64,000 bases of DNA from Candidatus Harrisonbacteria bacterium (GTDB taxonomy: Bacteria; Patescibacteriota; Minisyncoccia; UBA6257; 02-FULL-45-10c): NCBI GenBank assembly GCA_016214655.1, contig JACROC010000006.1, positions 21,377-85,376 on the forward strand. The letters run 5' to 3'. The position numbers and the translations under genes are program-made. Under the pieces are notes generated by a model. It did not search any database and was not told the origin of the DNA. It was given only the letters and a program-made list of their open reading frames with translations. Shown here piece after piece: positions 56,657 through 64,000 of this stretch (position 1 is its first letter; every line of letters starts with the position of its first letter).

Positions 56657-57056
56657 TCCAGCTAAAATTATTTATTGCGCTGATGTCATTGCGCGATATG
56701 GAGAACATATTGTCATTGTAGAGCGACTTGGTTCGGTAAAAGGTTTGGCGCTTCCAGGAGGAAAGCAGGATCCTGGTGAAACTCTTTCGCAAACAGTTAA
56801 GCGAGAATTTCTTGAAGAAACTGGCCTCGAGCTCGTTATTGAAGAAGTATTAGGAACGCGAGCTGAAGACGGCCGTGATCTGCGCGGAAGATATGTTTCA
56901 ACAATATTTCTTGGAACCGCGCATGGTGTGCCGCGTGACGAGGTTGGTAAAACTCGAGTAAAGTTTTTTGATCTTCAGACGCTTGCAGAAAATAGACATC
57001 TTTTTGTCTTTGATCACGCAATTATTCTGGAAGAGTATCGCCGCCTAGTAGGTTAA
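56649..57056 (+). CDS. NUDIX hydrolase
   Basis: Nudix box GGKQDPGETLSQTVKREFLEETGLEL. ATG at 56649. Confidence 0.75.
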   Translation: MNNPAKIIYCADVIARYGEHIVIVERLGSVKGLALPGGKQDPGETLSQTVKREFLEETGLELVIEEVLGTRAEDGRDLRGRYVSTIFLGTAHGVPRDEVGKTRVKFFDLQTLAENRHLFVFDHAIILEEYRRLVG

Positions 57057-57074
57057 TCCGAACGGCGGTTTTTT
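57039..57074 (+). repeat. 36-bp segment CGCCGCCTAGTAGGTTAATCCGAACGGCGGTTTTTT (terminator-like: GC stem plus T6), copy 1
   Basis: Exact duplicate of 57726-57761. Spans the last codons and stop of the NUDIX gene plus a ccgcc...ggcgg hairpin and a T-run. Confidence 0.6.
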
Positions 57075-57095
57075 GTTGCGGGCGATCCATTATTT

Positions 57096-57113
57096 TGTAC
57101 TTTATTTAGTACA
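57096..57113. promoter_or_regulatory. 18-bp palindromic operator-like site TGTACTTTATTTAGTACA (copy 2), upstream of ORF 57198
   Basis: Identical palindrome plus the conserved flank ATTTTCAA. Possible -35/-10 TTGTAC-17-TTCAAT overlapping it. Confidence 0.5.
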
Positions 57114-57197
57114 GATTTTCAATTTTTCCAGCATAAATTTTTAAATTCTATTATATTCATTAAGCAGTTCTTTGAAATCGTAAACAGGAGGTGGCTC

Positions 57198-57716
57198 ATG
57201 GAGATCGAGTTGTATCGAAATACTAAAGCCGAGATTCCGGATGGTGAGAAAGAGAAGGATTCTTCAATTAAGAAAGCCCAAGAGCTTTGCAAACGTTATA
57301 GGAATTTGGGGTTAGAAGGGCAGGCTACCATGATTGAAAAAGCGATAAAAGTTGGTGGGCCGCTTATCACTGATAAGATTAAGCCGGATTTATTTTGGCG
57401 GAAAATATCTGATAATGACTTGCGTATTTGGAGAATTTTTTTACCAACCAGTTATAGATCTGATTTGGGGCCTGGCAGGACACTCGCAAGCTATGCTTTT
57501 GACCAAATACCGGAAGAAGTAATTTCGGAGTTTGAGTTAGCAAAAGCACTGCGTTTATTTAATGTTTACGAAGTTAGGACTCCTGAAGGAAGGAATATTG
57601 ATCCGATTTTGATTGGATTGTACGGCAATACCTCATATCTTATTGCTCGCTGGGGGGAAAGCTTGCAATCGTTTGAGGAAATTAAAAGACAAGTGCGTCA
57701 AAGCAGAGGTTGGTAA
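57198..57716 (+). CDS. hypothetical protein
   Basis: RBS acaggagg. 172 aa with no recognisable motif. Bracketed by the duplicated operator and the duplicated terminator segment. Confidence 0.3.
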   Translation: MEIELYRNTKAEIPDGEKEKDSSIKKAQELCKRYRNLGLEGQATMIEKAIKVGGPLITDKIKPDLFWRKISDNDLRIWRIFLPTSYRSDLGPGRTLASYAFDQIPEEVISEFELAKALRLFNVYEVRTPEGRNIDPILIGLYGNTSYLIARWGESLQSFEEIKRQVRQSRGW

Positions 57717-57725
57717 AATTATCAG

Positions 57726-57761
57726 CGCCGCCTAGTAGGTTAATCCGAACGGCGGTTTTTT
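57726..57761 (+). repeat. 36-bp terminator-like segment, copy 2
   Basis: Identical to 57039-57074. Confidence 0.6.
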
Positions 57762-57829
57762 ATTTGTATAAGAATTTATTTTATGTTATTTTTTAGTCAG
57801 CAAGAATATTGAAAAGATAAAGAGGCCGG

Positions 57830-58546
57830 ATGATTTCGGAAAAAATCAGCACTTTGGTTTTAATCAGGCACGGCAGATCTTTGAGGAATGTTTATGAAAC
57901 TGCCGGGCCGTTTTATGAAAATAATGAGCAGAGGAGAAAAGTAGGAATTTCGCAGGATCGTTTAATACCGCTGGTTGAGGAAGGATGGGAACAGGCACGC
58001 GGAGCAGGCAAGGGCATTCGCGAATTGTTCGGTGTACCCAATTACCTTTTTAATTCCGGATTTGTAAGAACCAAGCAGACAACCGAAGGGATTTTAGAAG
58101 CCTATTCCGCGGAGGAGCTGAAAAGTTTGACTATTATAGAAAGCCATTTGATCAGGGAGCGCAATCCAGGATATCTTTGGAATTTTACGGTTGCGGAAGT
58201 TGAGAAATTTTTTCCGTGGTGGGAAGAGTATTGGAGAAAAGCTGATCCGTTTATTACTTTTCCGCTTGGCGGCGAAAGTATGGCGAGTATATGCGAGGGA
58301 AGGCTGGCGGCTTTCTTACGTAATTTGGATGGAGAGCTGGCATATGTGCCAGGCGGATCCAAAGTTTTCGTTGTCTCTCACGGCCGGGCGATTTTGGGAA
58401 TGCGGTATCTTTTGGAGAATTGGAACTATGAAAGAATTCATTCTGCTTTGCGCAATGAAAATCCGCCGAATTGTTCCGTTACTTGGTATCAATTTGATAA
58501 TTCTGGAAAAGCAGAATTACAGTTTGCTAATAAAGTTTTTTATTAA
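57830..58546 (+). CDS. histidine phosphatase-family protein (phosphoglycerate-mutase-like)
   Basis: LVLIRHGRSLRN (RHG catalytic motif) and a later His in VSHGRAIL. Confidence 0.55.
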   Translation: MISEKISTLVLIRHGRSLRNVYETAGPFYENNEQRRKVGISQDRLIPLVEEGWEQARGAGKGIRELFGVPNYLFNSGFVRTKQTTEGILEAYSAEELKSLTIIESHLIRERNPGYLWNFTVAEVEKFFPWWEEYWRKADPFITFPLGGESMASICEGRLAAFLRNLDGELAYVPGGSKVFVVSHGRAILGMRYLLENWNYERIHSALRNENPPNCSVTWYQFDNSGKAELQFANKVFY

Positions 58547-58572
58547 AACCTCCTTAATTGGGAGGTTTTTAT
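58547..58572 (+). terminator. rho-independent terminator
   Basis: aacctcc-ttaattg-ggaggtt followed by ttt. Confidence 0.5.
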
Positions 58573-58575
58573 TTA

Positions 58576-58611
58576 CCCCAGTTATATTTGCTATAGCAAA
58601 TATAACTGGGG
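58576..58611. repeat. 36-bp perfect palindrome, copy 3
   Basis: CCCCAGTTATATTTGCTATAGCAAATATAACTGGGG. Differs from copy 1 by paired (compensatory) substitutions that keep the symmetry perfect. 39 bp upstream of rpe. Confidence 0.8.
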
Positions 58612-58650
58612 TTGGGGCAATATATTTAATTTTTATGGTAAAATATCAAT

Positions 58651-59292
58651 ATGCAAGTAATTCCGGCAATTAATGAAACTATTTTTTCGGAGATAGAGGA
58701 TAAGATAAAAAAAGCCCATGCTTTTGGAGCCGGGTGGGTGCATTTGGATGTAAGCGACGGAAAATTTACGAAAAATACGCTTTGGAATAATCCGAAAGAT
58801 TTAGCTGGTATTTATGCTACGCGGGAACAGCACCCACACATTGAGGTTCATTTGATGGTGGAAAATCCGGATGAGGTCTTAGATGATTGGCTGGATGCCG
58901 GCGTTAAACGAGTGATCGTTCATGTTGAGGCTGTAAAAGATGTTGACGTTATGAAAATGAAATGCGGGATGTTTGGTGTACAGTTGGTATTGGCATCAAA
59001 CCCAGATACGCCAGTAGAGCAATTATTAAAATATAAGGACGACACAGGTGAATTTCTAATCTTAGCTGTTAATCCGGGTCTGGCTGGACAGAAATTTCAA
59101 GAGAATCAGTTAGAGAAAATTAAAACTTTGCGGCAGAAATTTCCTGATGCTAAAATTGAAGTAGACGGCGGAGTTAATTTAGAAAATGCGCCGAAAATTA
59201 AGGAAGCCGGCGCAGATATTCTTGTTGCGGCATCGGCTATTTGGGGGAGTAAGGATCCGAAAGAAGCATATAATAAATTGTCAGAGGTTTAG
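58651..59292 (+). CDS. rpe: ribulose-phosphate 3-epimerase-like
   Basis: VIPAINETIFSEIEDKIKK...WVHLDVSDGKFTKNTLW...HLMVENP...VDGGVN (ribulose-phosphate-binding barrel). Confidence 0.7.
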   Translation: MQVIPAINETIFSEIEDKIKKAHAFGAGWVHLDVSDGKFTKNTLWNNPKDLAGIYATREQHPHIEVHLMVENPDEVLDDWLDAGVKRVIVHVEAVKDVDVMKMKCGMFGVQLVLASNPDTPVEQLLKYKDDTGEFLILAVNPGLAGQKFQENQLEKIKTLRQKFPDAKIEVDGGVNLENAPKIKEAGADILVAASAIWGSKDPKEAYNKLSEV

Positions 59293-59295
59293 TGT

Positions 59296-60162
59296 ATGGC
59301 AGAGTTGCACGAAAATAAATTAAAATTTTTAGAGGAGATGGCGAATAAGATCCGCCAGGATATTATTTCTTCTTTAGTAGAAGCAAAATCCGGGCATTCT
59401 GCCGGTCCTTTGGGGATGGCGGATATTTTTGCCGCGCTTTATTTTCATATTTTAAATCATGACCCGAAAAATCCGGCTTGGCCGGATCGCGATCGGGTGG
59501 TGGTTTCTAATGGCCATATTTGCCCAGTGCTTTATGCGACGCTAGCTAATGCTAATTATTTTCCAGTGGAGGAATTGATGACTTTAAGGAAAATAAATTC
59601 ACGTCTACAGGGCCATCCTCATCGCAATTCATTGCCGGGGCTGGAGACAACTTCCGGTCCGCTTGGTTCCGGAATTTCACAATCAATTGGCATGGCGTTA
59701 GCGGCCAGATTAGATAAAAAGAAATATCGGATCTATTGTCTTACTTCTGACGGTGAGCATCAGGAGGGAAATACCTGGGAAGCGGTTATGTTTGCGGGCA
59801 AGCAAAAATCCAAGCTCAATAATTTAACCGTGATTATGGACCGGAATAATATCCAAATTGACGGTTTCACGGAGGAAGTGATGCCGCTGGAGCCGCTTCG
59901 CCAAAAATATGAAGTTTTTGGCTGGCATGTCATTGATGTGAGCGGCCATGACATTGCGGAATTTGTTTCCGCGGTTAATGAGGCGAAGGCGATTTATGAA
60001 AAGCCGACCATGATTATCGCCCATACCATACCCGGCAAAGGGGTGAGTTTTATGGAGAATGATTATGTTTGGCATGGCAAGCCGCCAAATCCGGAAGAAG
60101 CGAAAGCGGCTTTATTGGAATTAAGGACGCTTGGCGGACAGATTAAGTCAGAACACGAATAG
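59296..60162 (+). CDS. tkt: transketolase, N-terminal (TPP-binding) subunit of a split enzyme
   Basis: SGHSAGPLGMADIFAALYFHILNHDP...DRVVVSNGHICPVLYATL...GSGISQSIGMALAARL...LTSDGEHQEGNTWEA. Confidence 0.85.
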   Translation: MAELHENKLKFLEEMANKIRQDIISSLVEAKSGHSAGPLGMADIFAALYFHILNHDPKNPAWPDRDRVVVSNGHICPVLYATLANANYFPVEELMTLRKINSRLQGHPHRNSLPGLETTSGPLGSGISQSIGMALAARLDKKKYRIYCLTSDGEHQEGNTWEAVMFAGKQKSKLNNLTVIMDRNNIQIDGFTEEVMPLEPLRQKYEVFGWHVIDVSGHDIAEFVSAVNEAKAIYEKPTMIIAHTIPGKGVSFMENDYVWHGKPPNPEEAKAALLELRTLGGQIKSEHE

Positions 60163-60231
60163 CGAATTTGTTATAATTGTAATTAGCAGTGAAAGGTCGC
60201 TGATAATAATTAATGATAAAAATTTATACAT

Positions 60232-60480
60232 ATGATGCAAGGTGAACATGGTAAGTGGCATTGGTCTTGTTGCCTGAGGCCGGCCTTGGGAATGCTTCTC
60301 TGGCTTGCCGGGGCAGCAGCTTTAGCATTGGCTTGGTGGGCGGTCTGGAGGCGGGAATTGGTGTGGGGTCTTGAGCCGCTGGCCTGGTACTGGAATGCCT
60401 TAATCCTTGGAGTTTTGGCATTAGGTTGCAAGGGACACGGTAGCGGACATTGTGGTACTTGTATGCCAGAATCTAAATAA
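60232..60480. other. GC-rich, G+T-skewed ~250-bp island between the two transketolase genes (compositional anomaly; coding status unclear)
   Basis: Top strand is dominated by G and T with few A (ggccttggg, ggcttgccgggg, ggcttggtgggcggtctggaggcggg...). ORFs open in several frames on both strands. The + ORF has no RBS and gives a Trp/Ala/Leu/Gly-rich product. Confidence 0.5.
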
Positions 60481-60546
60481 TAGAGAAAATTCTCGAGAAT
60501 TTTCACTGTGGCTCCGCTTTGCGGGGCTACCAGAAAGTTTTTGAGC

Positions 60547-61560
60547 ATGCTTAATTCCAACGCAAAAATTAATTCTAAAATATTTGATGCCGATATTGAG
60601 TATCGGCCGACTCGCGATGGTTATGGCGAAGGTTTGGTGATTGCCGGCGAACAAGATCCAAATGTGGTAGTTTTATGCGCCGATCTTACCGAATCCACCC
60701 GCTCCGAAGGATTTGCTAAAAAATTTCCGGAAAGATTTTTTGAGGTGGGCGTGGCAGAGCAGAATCTGGCAACCATTGCTTCCGGGCTTGGTGTCAGCGG
60801 CAAGATTCCTTTTATTTCTTCTTACGCAACTTTTTCTCCGGGAAGAAATTGGGAGCAAATCCGCACTACGATTTCTTACAATGATTCCAATGTGAAAATT
60901 GCCGGCGCCCATGCGGGAATTTCTGTCGGTCCGGATGGCGCAACGCATCAAGCGATAGAAGATATTGCAACTATGCGGGTGATGGCAAACATGAAGGTGA
61001 TTGTTCCTTGTGATGCGGTCGAAGCAAAAAAGGCGACCATGGCGGCGGCAAAAATCTGGGGTCCGGTTTACTTGCGTTTCGGCCGGGAAAAAATGCCAGT
61101 TTTTACAACCGAAGAAACACCATTTATTCCCGGGAAGGCGGAAATTTTCTGGGAATCTACCGGGAAAAAAAGCCGCGCCAAAAAACCGCAAGTTGTGATA
61201 GTCGGCTGCGGTTCGCTGGTTCATTATGCGTTGTTGGCCGCCAAAGAACTGGAAGAAGAGGGAATCGGAACCATAGTAATAAACAGTCACACTATCAAGC
61301 CCCTAGATGAAAAAACTATTTTAACAGCCGCAGAAGATTGCGGAGCGGTAGTGACGGTGGAAGAACATCAGGTGTTGGGCGGGCTTGGTGGGGCGGTAGC
61401 GGAATTGCTCGCCAAAAAATTGCCGATCCCCATGGAATTTATCGGAATGCAGAATGTTTTTGGCGAATCTGGCCCGCCCAAAGAATTGATAGAGAAGTAT
61501 GGAATGGGAGTGGAAGATATCAAGGCGGCGGTGAAAAAGGTTTTGAAAAGAAGAAAATAA
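60547..61560 (+). CDS. tkt: transketolase, C-terminal (pyrimidine-binding plus C-domain) subunit
   Basis: GEGLVIAGEQDPNVVVLCADLTESTRS...FFEVGVAEQNLATIASGLGVSGKIPFISSYATF. ATG at 60547. Confidence 0.85.
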   Translation: MLNSNAKINSKIFDADIEYRPTRDGYGEGLVIAGEQDPNVVVLCADLTESTRSEGFAKKFPERFFEVGVAEQNLATIASGLGVSGKIPFISSYATFSPGRNWEQIRTTISYNDSNVKIAGAHAGISVGPDGATHQAIEDIATMRVMANMKVIVPCDAVEAKKATMAAAKIWGPVYLRFGREKMPVFTTEETPFIPGKAEIFWESTGKKSRAKKPQVVIVGCGSLVHYALLAAKELEEEGIGTIVINSHTIKPLDEKTILTAAEDCGAVVTVEEHQVLGGLGGAVAELLAKKLPIPMEFIGMQNVFGESGPPKELIEKYGMGVEDIKAAVKKVLKRRK

Positions 61561-61586
61561 ATCCAGTCATTGACTGGATTTATTTT
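61559..61586 (+). terminator. rho-independent terminator
   Basis: aaatccagt-cattg-actggattt followed by attttgggg. Confidence 0.5.
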
Positions 61587-61635
61587 GGGGTTTATTATCA
61601 AGTCACAGTTCTTTGAGAAACTGCGAGGTTTAGCT

Positions 61636-62271
61636 ATGTCTTTGGTATTGGTGCCTTTGGTTCTGGCGATAGTTATGGCATCAATTATTCTGCATGAAGT
61701 GGCTCACGGATTAGCAGCGCTGATGTTCGGTGATGATACAGCTAAAGAGGCTGGGCGTTTAACTCTTAATCCGATTGTTCACATTGATCTAATCGGATCT
61801 ATTTTTTTGCCGGTGGTGTGTTTATTGATGGGCGCACCGATGATCGGCTGGGCAAAACCGGTTCCGGTAGACTTTAACCGCCTTCCGTCGCGATTTGCCG
61901 ATCTTTGCGTGAGTCTGGCTGGTATTGCAGTTAACTTCACTTTAGCGGTTGGTGCCGGTTTATTGATCCGGACCTCTCCGCATTGGCTGGTATGGATTTT
62001 TGGAAGTGATGTAAGTCAGGGACAGATGTATGCGCTCTTGGGTCCGCTGATGCTCGTAGCGCAGATTAATTTAGTTCTCGGAGTCTTTAATCTGATGCCC
62101 GTGCCGCCACTGGATGGCTGGCGCATCTGGGGCGTCTGGCTTCCGTATGATTGGAGAATGTTCATTGAGATGAAGGCGATGTGGTTTATGATTGCGCTCT
62201 TTATTCTCTTGCCGTACCTGCCTGTTTTCTGGCTGGTAAATCTTTTGTACACTCTTCTAATCGGTCTTTAA
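61636..62271 (+). CDS. site-2-protease-family (M50) membrane metalloprotease
   Basis: HExxH in a TM helix, IILHEVAHGLAAL, with a downstream LDG-type motif (NLMPVPPLDGWRI). ATG at 61636. Confidence 0.7.
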   Translation: MSLVLVPLVLAIVMASIILHEVAHGLAALMFGDDTAKEAGRLTLNPIVHIDLIGSIFLPVVCLLMGAPMIGWAKPVPVDFNRLPSRFADLCVSLAGIAVNFTLAVGAGLLIRTSPHWLVWIFGSDVSQGQMYALLGPLMLVAQINLVLGVFNLMPVPPLDGWRIWGVWLPYDWRMFIEMKAMWFMIALFILLPYLPVFWLVNLLYTLLIGL

Positions 62272-62274
62272 TAA

Positions 62275-62297
62275 TCCTGCTTTAGCGGGATTTTTTG
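62275..62297 (+). terminator. rho-independent terminator
   Basis: tcctgc-ttta-gcggga (one G-U pair) followed by ttttttg. Confidence 0.45.
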
Positions 62298-62317
62298 TTT
62301 TATGATAAAATTTTACT

Positions 62318-63367
62318 ATGTACGATATTGTAACTATCGGTTCGGTTACCAGGGATAATTTTTTAGAATCGGATTACGAGATTATTAAATGGCCGAAAAC
62401 GCCATCCGGAAGGGCGATTTGTTTGCCGTTCGGAGAAAAGCTCCCCATTAAGCGCTTGTTTCTTACGACTGGCGGAAATTCCGCCAATGCCAGCGTGACT
62501 TTTGCGAGACAAGGATTTCAAACCGCTTGTTTTGGAAAAATCGGAGATGATTTGTCGGGCAGAGAATTGTCCCAGCGCTTAAAAAAAGAAGGCGTTCAGA
62601 CAACTTTTTCCATTTCCGAAAATCGGCCTACCGCCTACTCATCTCTTTTATTAAAAGGAGGCGAAAGGACAATTTTGGGTTATCATGGAGCTTCCGATAC
62701 TTGGACTCTGAATGATATTCCTTGGAGAAAATTAAAATCTAAGTGGTGGTATTTGTCTCTGGCTGGAGAGTCGGATAAATTTTTGAAACCATTATTGCAA
62801 TTTGCTAAAAAAAATAAAATTAAAGTTGCTTTTAATCCGAGTGGACACCATATCGGGCATAAACGGAAAGAAGTTTTGTCCGCCTTGAAAGACTCAGCCT
62901 TTTTAGTTTTAAATGAAGGAGAGGCAGCGGATTTAGTCGGTATCCCGTTTAAAAAAGAAAAAGAGGTTTTTAAGAAATTGGATAACTTAACTCCCGGGAT
63001 CGTGGCGGTGACTGACGGCCCGAACGGTGTGACTGTTTCAGACGGAAAATATTTGTATAAAGCAGGGGTTTTCAAAGAAAAAGCAGTGGTGGATCGCACT
63101 GGCGCGGGTGACGCGTTTGGATCCGGATTTGTAGCCGGATTAATGCATGCCGAGCGTCCAGCGTCCAGCGTCCGGCGTTCAGAGAAAAAAGAACTAAGCG
63201 CTAACCGCTATACGCTAGATGCTATAAGATATGCCATTCGCCTTGCTTCAGCCAATGCCACGTCGGTCGTAGAGCATATCGGCGCGACTGAAGGTACTCT
63301 TACTAAAAATCAATTTGAAAAACAAAGACGCTGGAGTAAATTTTTGATTAAAATAAAAAAGATTTAG
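62318..63367 (+). CDS. PfkB-family carbohydrate/nucleoside kinase (ribokinase-like)
   Basis: GGNSANASVTFARQG (Gly-Gly motif) and DRTGAGDAFGSGFVAG (anion hole). Contains a ~20-aa low-complexity insert. Confidence 0.75.
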   Translation: MYDIVTIGSVTRDNFLESDYEIIKWPKTPSGRAICLPFGEKLPIKRLFLTTGGNSANASVTFARQGFQTACFGKIGDDLSGRELSQRLKKEGVQTTFSISENRPTAYSSLLLKGGERTILGYHGASDTWTLNDIPWRKLKSKWWYLSLAGESDKFLKPLLQFAKKNKIKVAFNPSGHHIGHKRKEVLSALKDSAFLVLNEGEAADLVGIPFKKEKEVFKKLDNLTPGIVAVTDGPNGVTVSDGKYLYKAGVFKEKAVVDRTGAGDAFGSGFVAGLMHAERPASSVRRSEKKELSANRYTLDAIRYAIRLASANATSVVEHIGATEGTLTKNQFEKQRRWSKFLIKIKKI

Positions 63368-63370
63368 CTT

Positions 63371-64000
63371 ATGGATAATAATTACGAAAAAATATCAAAA
63401 ATTCTAAGATTCGATAAAAACCGCATTCAAGAATTGCAGGCGGCGATGTCTAGAGTTACCGGTAAAGAAGGAGTATGTGAGGATGTTACCGCGCGGAATG
63501 ATGAATTGGTCCGCCAGCGATTGGATTTTCTTGGTTTGGGCAAAAATGTTTCAGCGCTGGAAGTTTACGATGCTTTAATCAGCAAAATTGAGGCGGACGA
63601 TGTTAAAATTTTTGAAGCGATCGGACTTTTTTCTTTGCGTAATCCGGATACTGCCGGCAAGATAGTGGATTTTGTGGAAAAACTACATCCTTTACGGAAA
63701 GGATATTTTTTGAAATACGAGCGCGCAACCGAATTTTTGCGGCGCGAACCGCCTAAGATGATAATGAAAGCGCTTGGTTATAAAGATGTTGAGGACTTGA
63801 TTAAAAATGAAGATTTACTGGAGGTGTATAGCGCGCTTCGATTTTTGGAAGACCCAGATTGGCTGAATAAGGCGTTTTTTAAACAATACGAGCAGTTGAC
63901 CCCGGAAGATTTTGAAGAGCGGCCGATCCAGCTGCGCGCGCTGGATCCAAAATGGACCAAGGCGGCGGAAAAATTTGTCGCTAAAAAATACCACAATGTC
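63371..64000 (+). CDS. hypothetical protein, 3'-truncated by window edge
   Basis: ATG at 63371, then open frame with no stop to nt 64000 (MDNNYEKISKILRFDKNRIQELQAAMSRVTGKEG...). No recognised motif. Confidence 0.35.
   Translation, partial: MDNNYEKISKILRFDKNRIQELQAAMSRVTGKEGVCEDVTARNDELVRQRLDFLGLGKNVSALEVYDALISKIEADDVKIFEAIGLFSLRNPDTAGKIVDFVEKLHPLRKGYFLKYERATEFLRREPPKMIMKALGYKDVEDLIKNEDLLEVYSALRFLEDPDWLNKAFFKQYEQLTPEDFEERPIQLRALDPKWTKAAEKFVAKKYHNV

Noticed and set aside
60232-60480. ORF 60232-60480 (+) and the antisense ORFs 60210-60560 / 60224-60421 / 60421-60654 as real genes
   Set aside because: Multiple overlapping frames are open on both strands, a sign of biased composition rather than coding. 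There is no RBS, and the amino-acid composition is dominated by GC-codon residues. Kept as a feature of type other, not CDS.
60163-60546. RNase P RNA, tmRNA, SRP RNA or 6S RNA in the GC-rich island between the tkt genes
   Set aside because: None of the universally conserved blocks (e.g. RNase P GNAANNUC / AGGAAAGTCCGGGC-type P4 strands, tmRNA GGGGCTGATTCTGGATTCGAC and terminal CCACCA context, SRP domain-IV GGAA tetraloop motif) could be found by eye. Reported only as a compositional anomaly.
488-61290. Numerous antisense or embedded ORFs in the six-frame track (e.g. 488-673 -, 2605-2958 -, 3261-3608 -, 4192-4659 -, 36646-36987 +, 39532-39933 -, 60673-61290 -)
   Set aside because: Each lies entirely within, and antisense or out of frame to, a longer ORF with clear family motifs. 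They have no RBS and low-complexity or Arg/Ser-rich translations typical of spurious frames.

Overview
AT-rich (about 40% GC), gene-dense bacterial window. Most genes are on the + strand, many are small, some overlap by a few nt, and Shine-Dalgarno sites of the form aggagg are present. Transketolase is split into two genes, a PaaX-like small regulator is present, and cell-envelope glycan genes are heavily expanded. My inference from these traits is an ultra-small-genome bacterium (Candidate Phyla Radiation / Patescibacteria-like); no marker gene confirms this. Nt 1-39400 is one large cell-surface glycopolymer biosynthesis island. It holds three GT4, one GT9 and one GT2 glycosyltransferase plus a GT-C-like membrane protein. 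It holds gmd with a ColD-like PLP dehydratase and an RmlD-like reductase, for a GDP-6-deoxy/3,6-dideoxyhexose branch. It holds five paralogous TagF/TagB-like glycerophosphotransferase-family proteins. glyA sits beside a NodB-type deacetylase and a sugar-type formyltransferase. There are three or four SAM methyltransferases. There are two NeuB-like and two NeuA-like genes plus a NeuC-like epimerase (nonulosonic-acid route), two tandem nucleotidyltransferase-fold proteins of unknown function, and a UGDH-like protein lacking the C-terminal domain. There is a Wzy_C/O-antigen-ligase-TPR fusion, two Wzx-like flippases and a WbaP-like initiating phosphoglycosyl transferase. Downstream of the island lie a DsbA-like/glutaredoxin/thioredoxin-reductase trio and a PaaX-like gene flanked by copies of a 32-36 bp perfect-palindrome repeat family. 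Then come a 1405-aa secreted protein (phospholipase-C-like zinc domain plus two lamin-tail domains), a SemiSWEET-like 86-aa transporter, and two paralogous HExxH lipoproteins. The last part is core metabolism: gap-rpiB, a divergent TrmB-like regulator, prs-apt-NUDIX, rpe, the split transketolase, an M50 protease and a PfkB kinase. Two copies of an 18-bp palindromic operator-like site and a duplicated 36-bp terminator segment are present there. A GC-rich, G/T-skewed ~250-bp island is wedged between the two transketolase halves. I found no rRNA, tRNA, CRISPR array, transposase or integrase.
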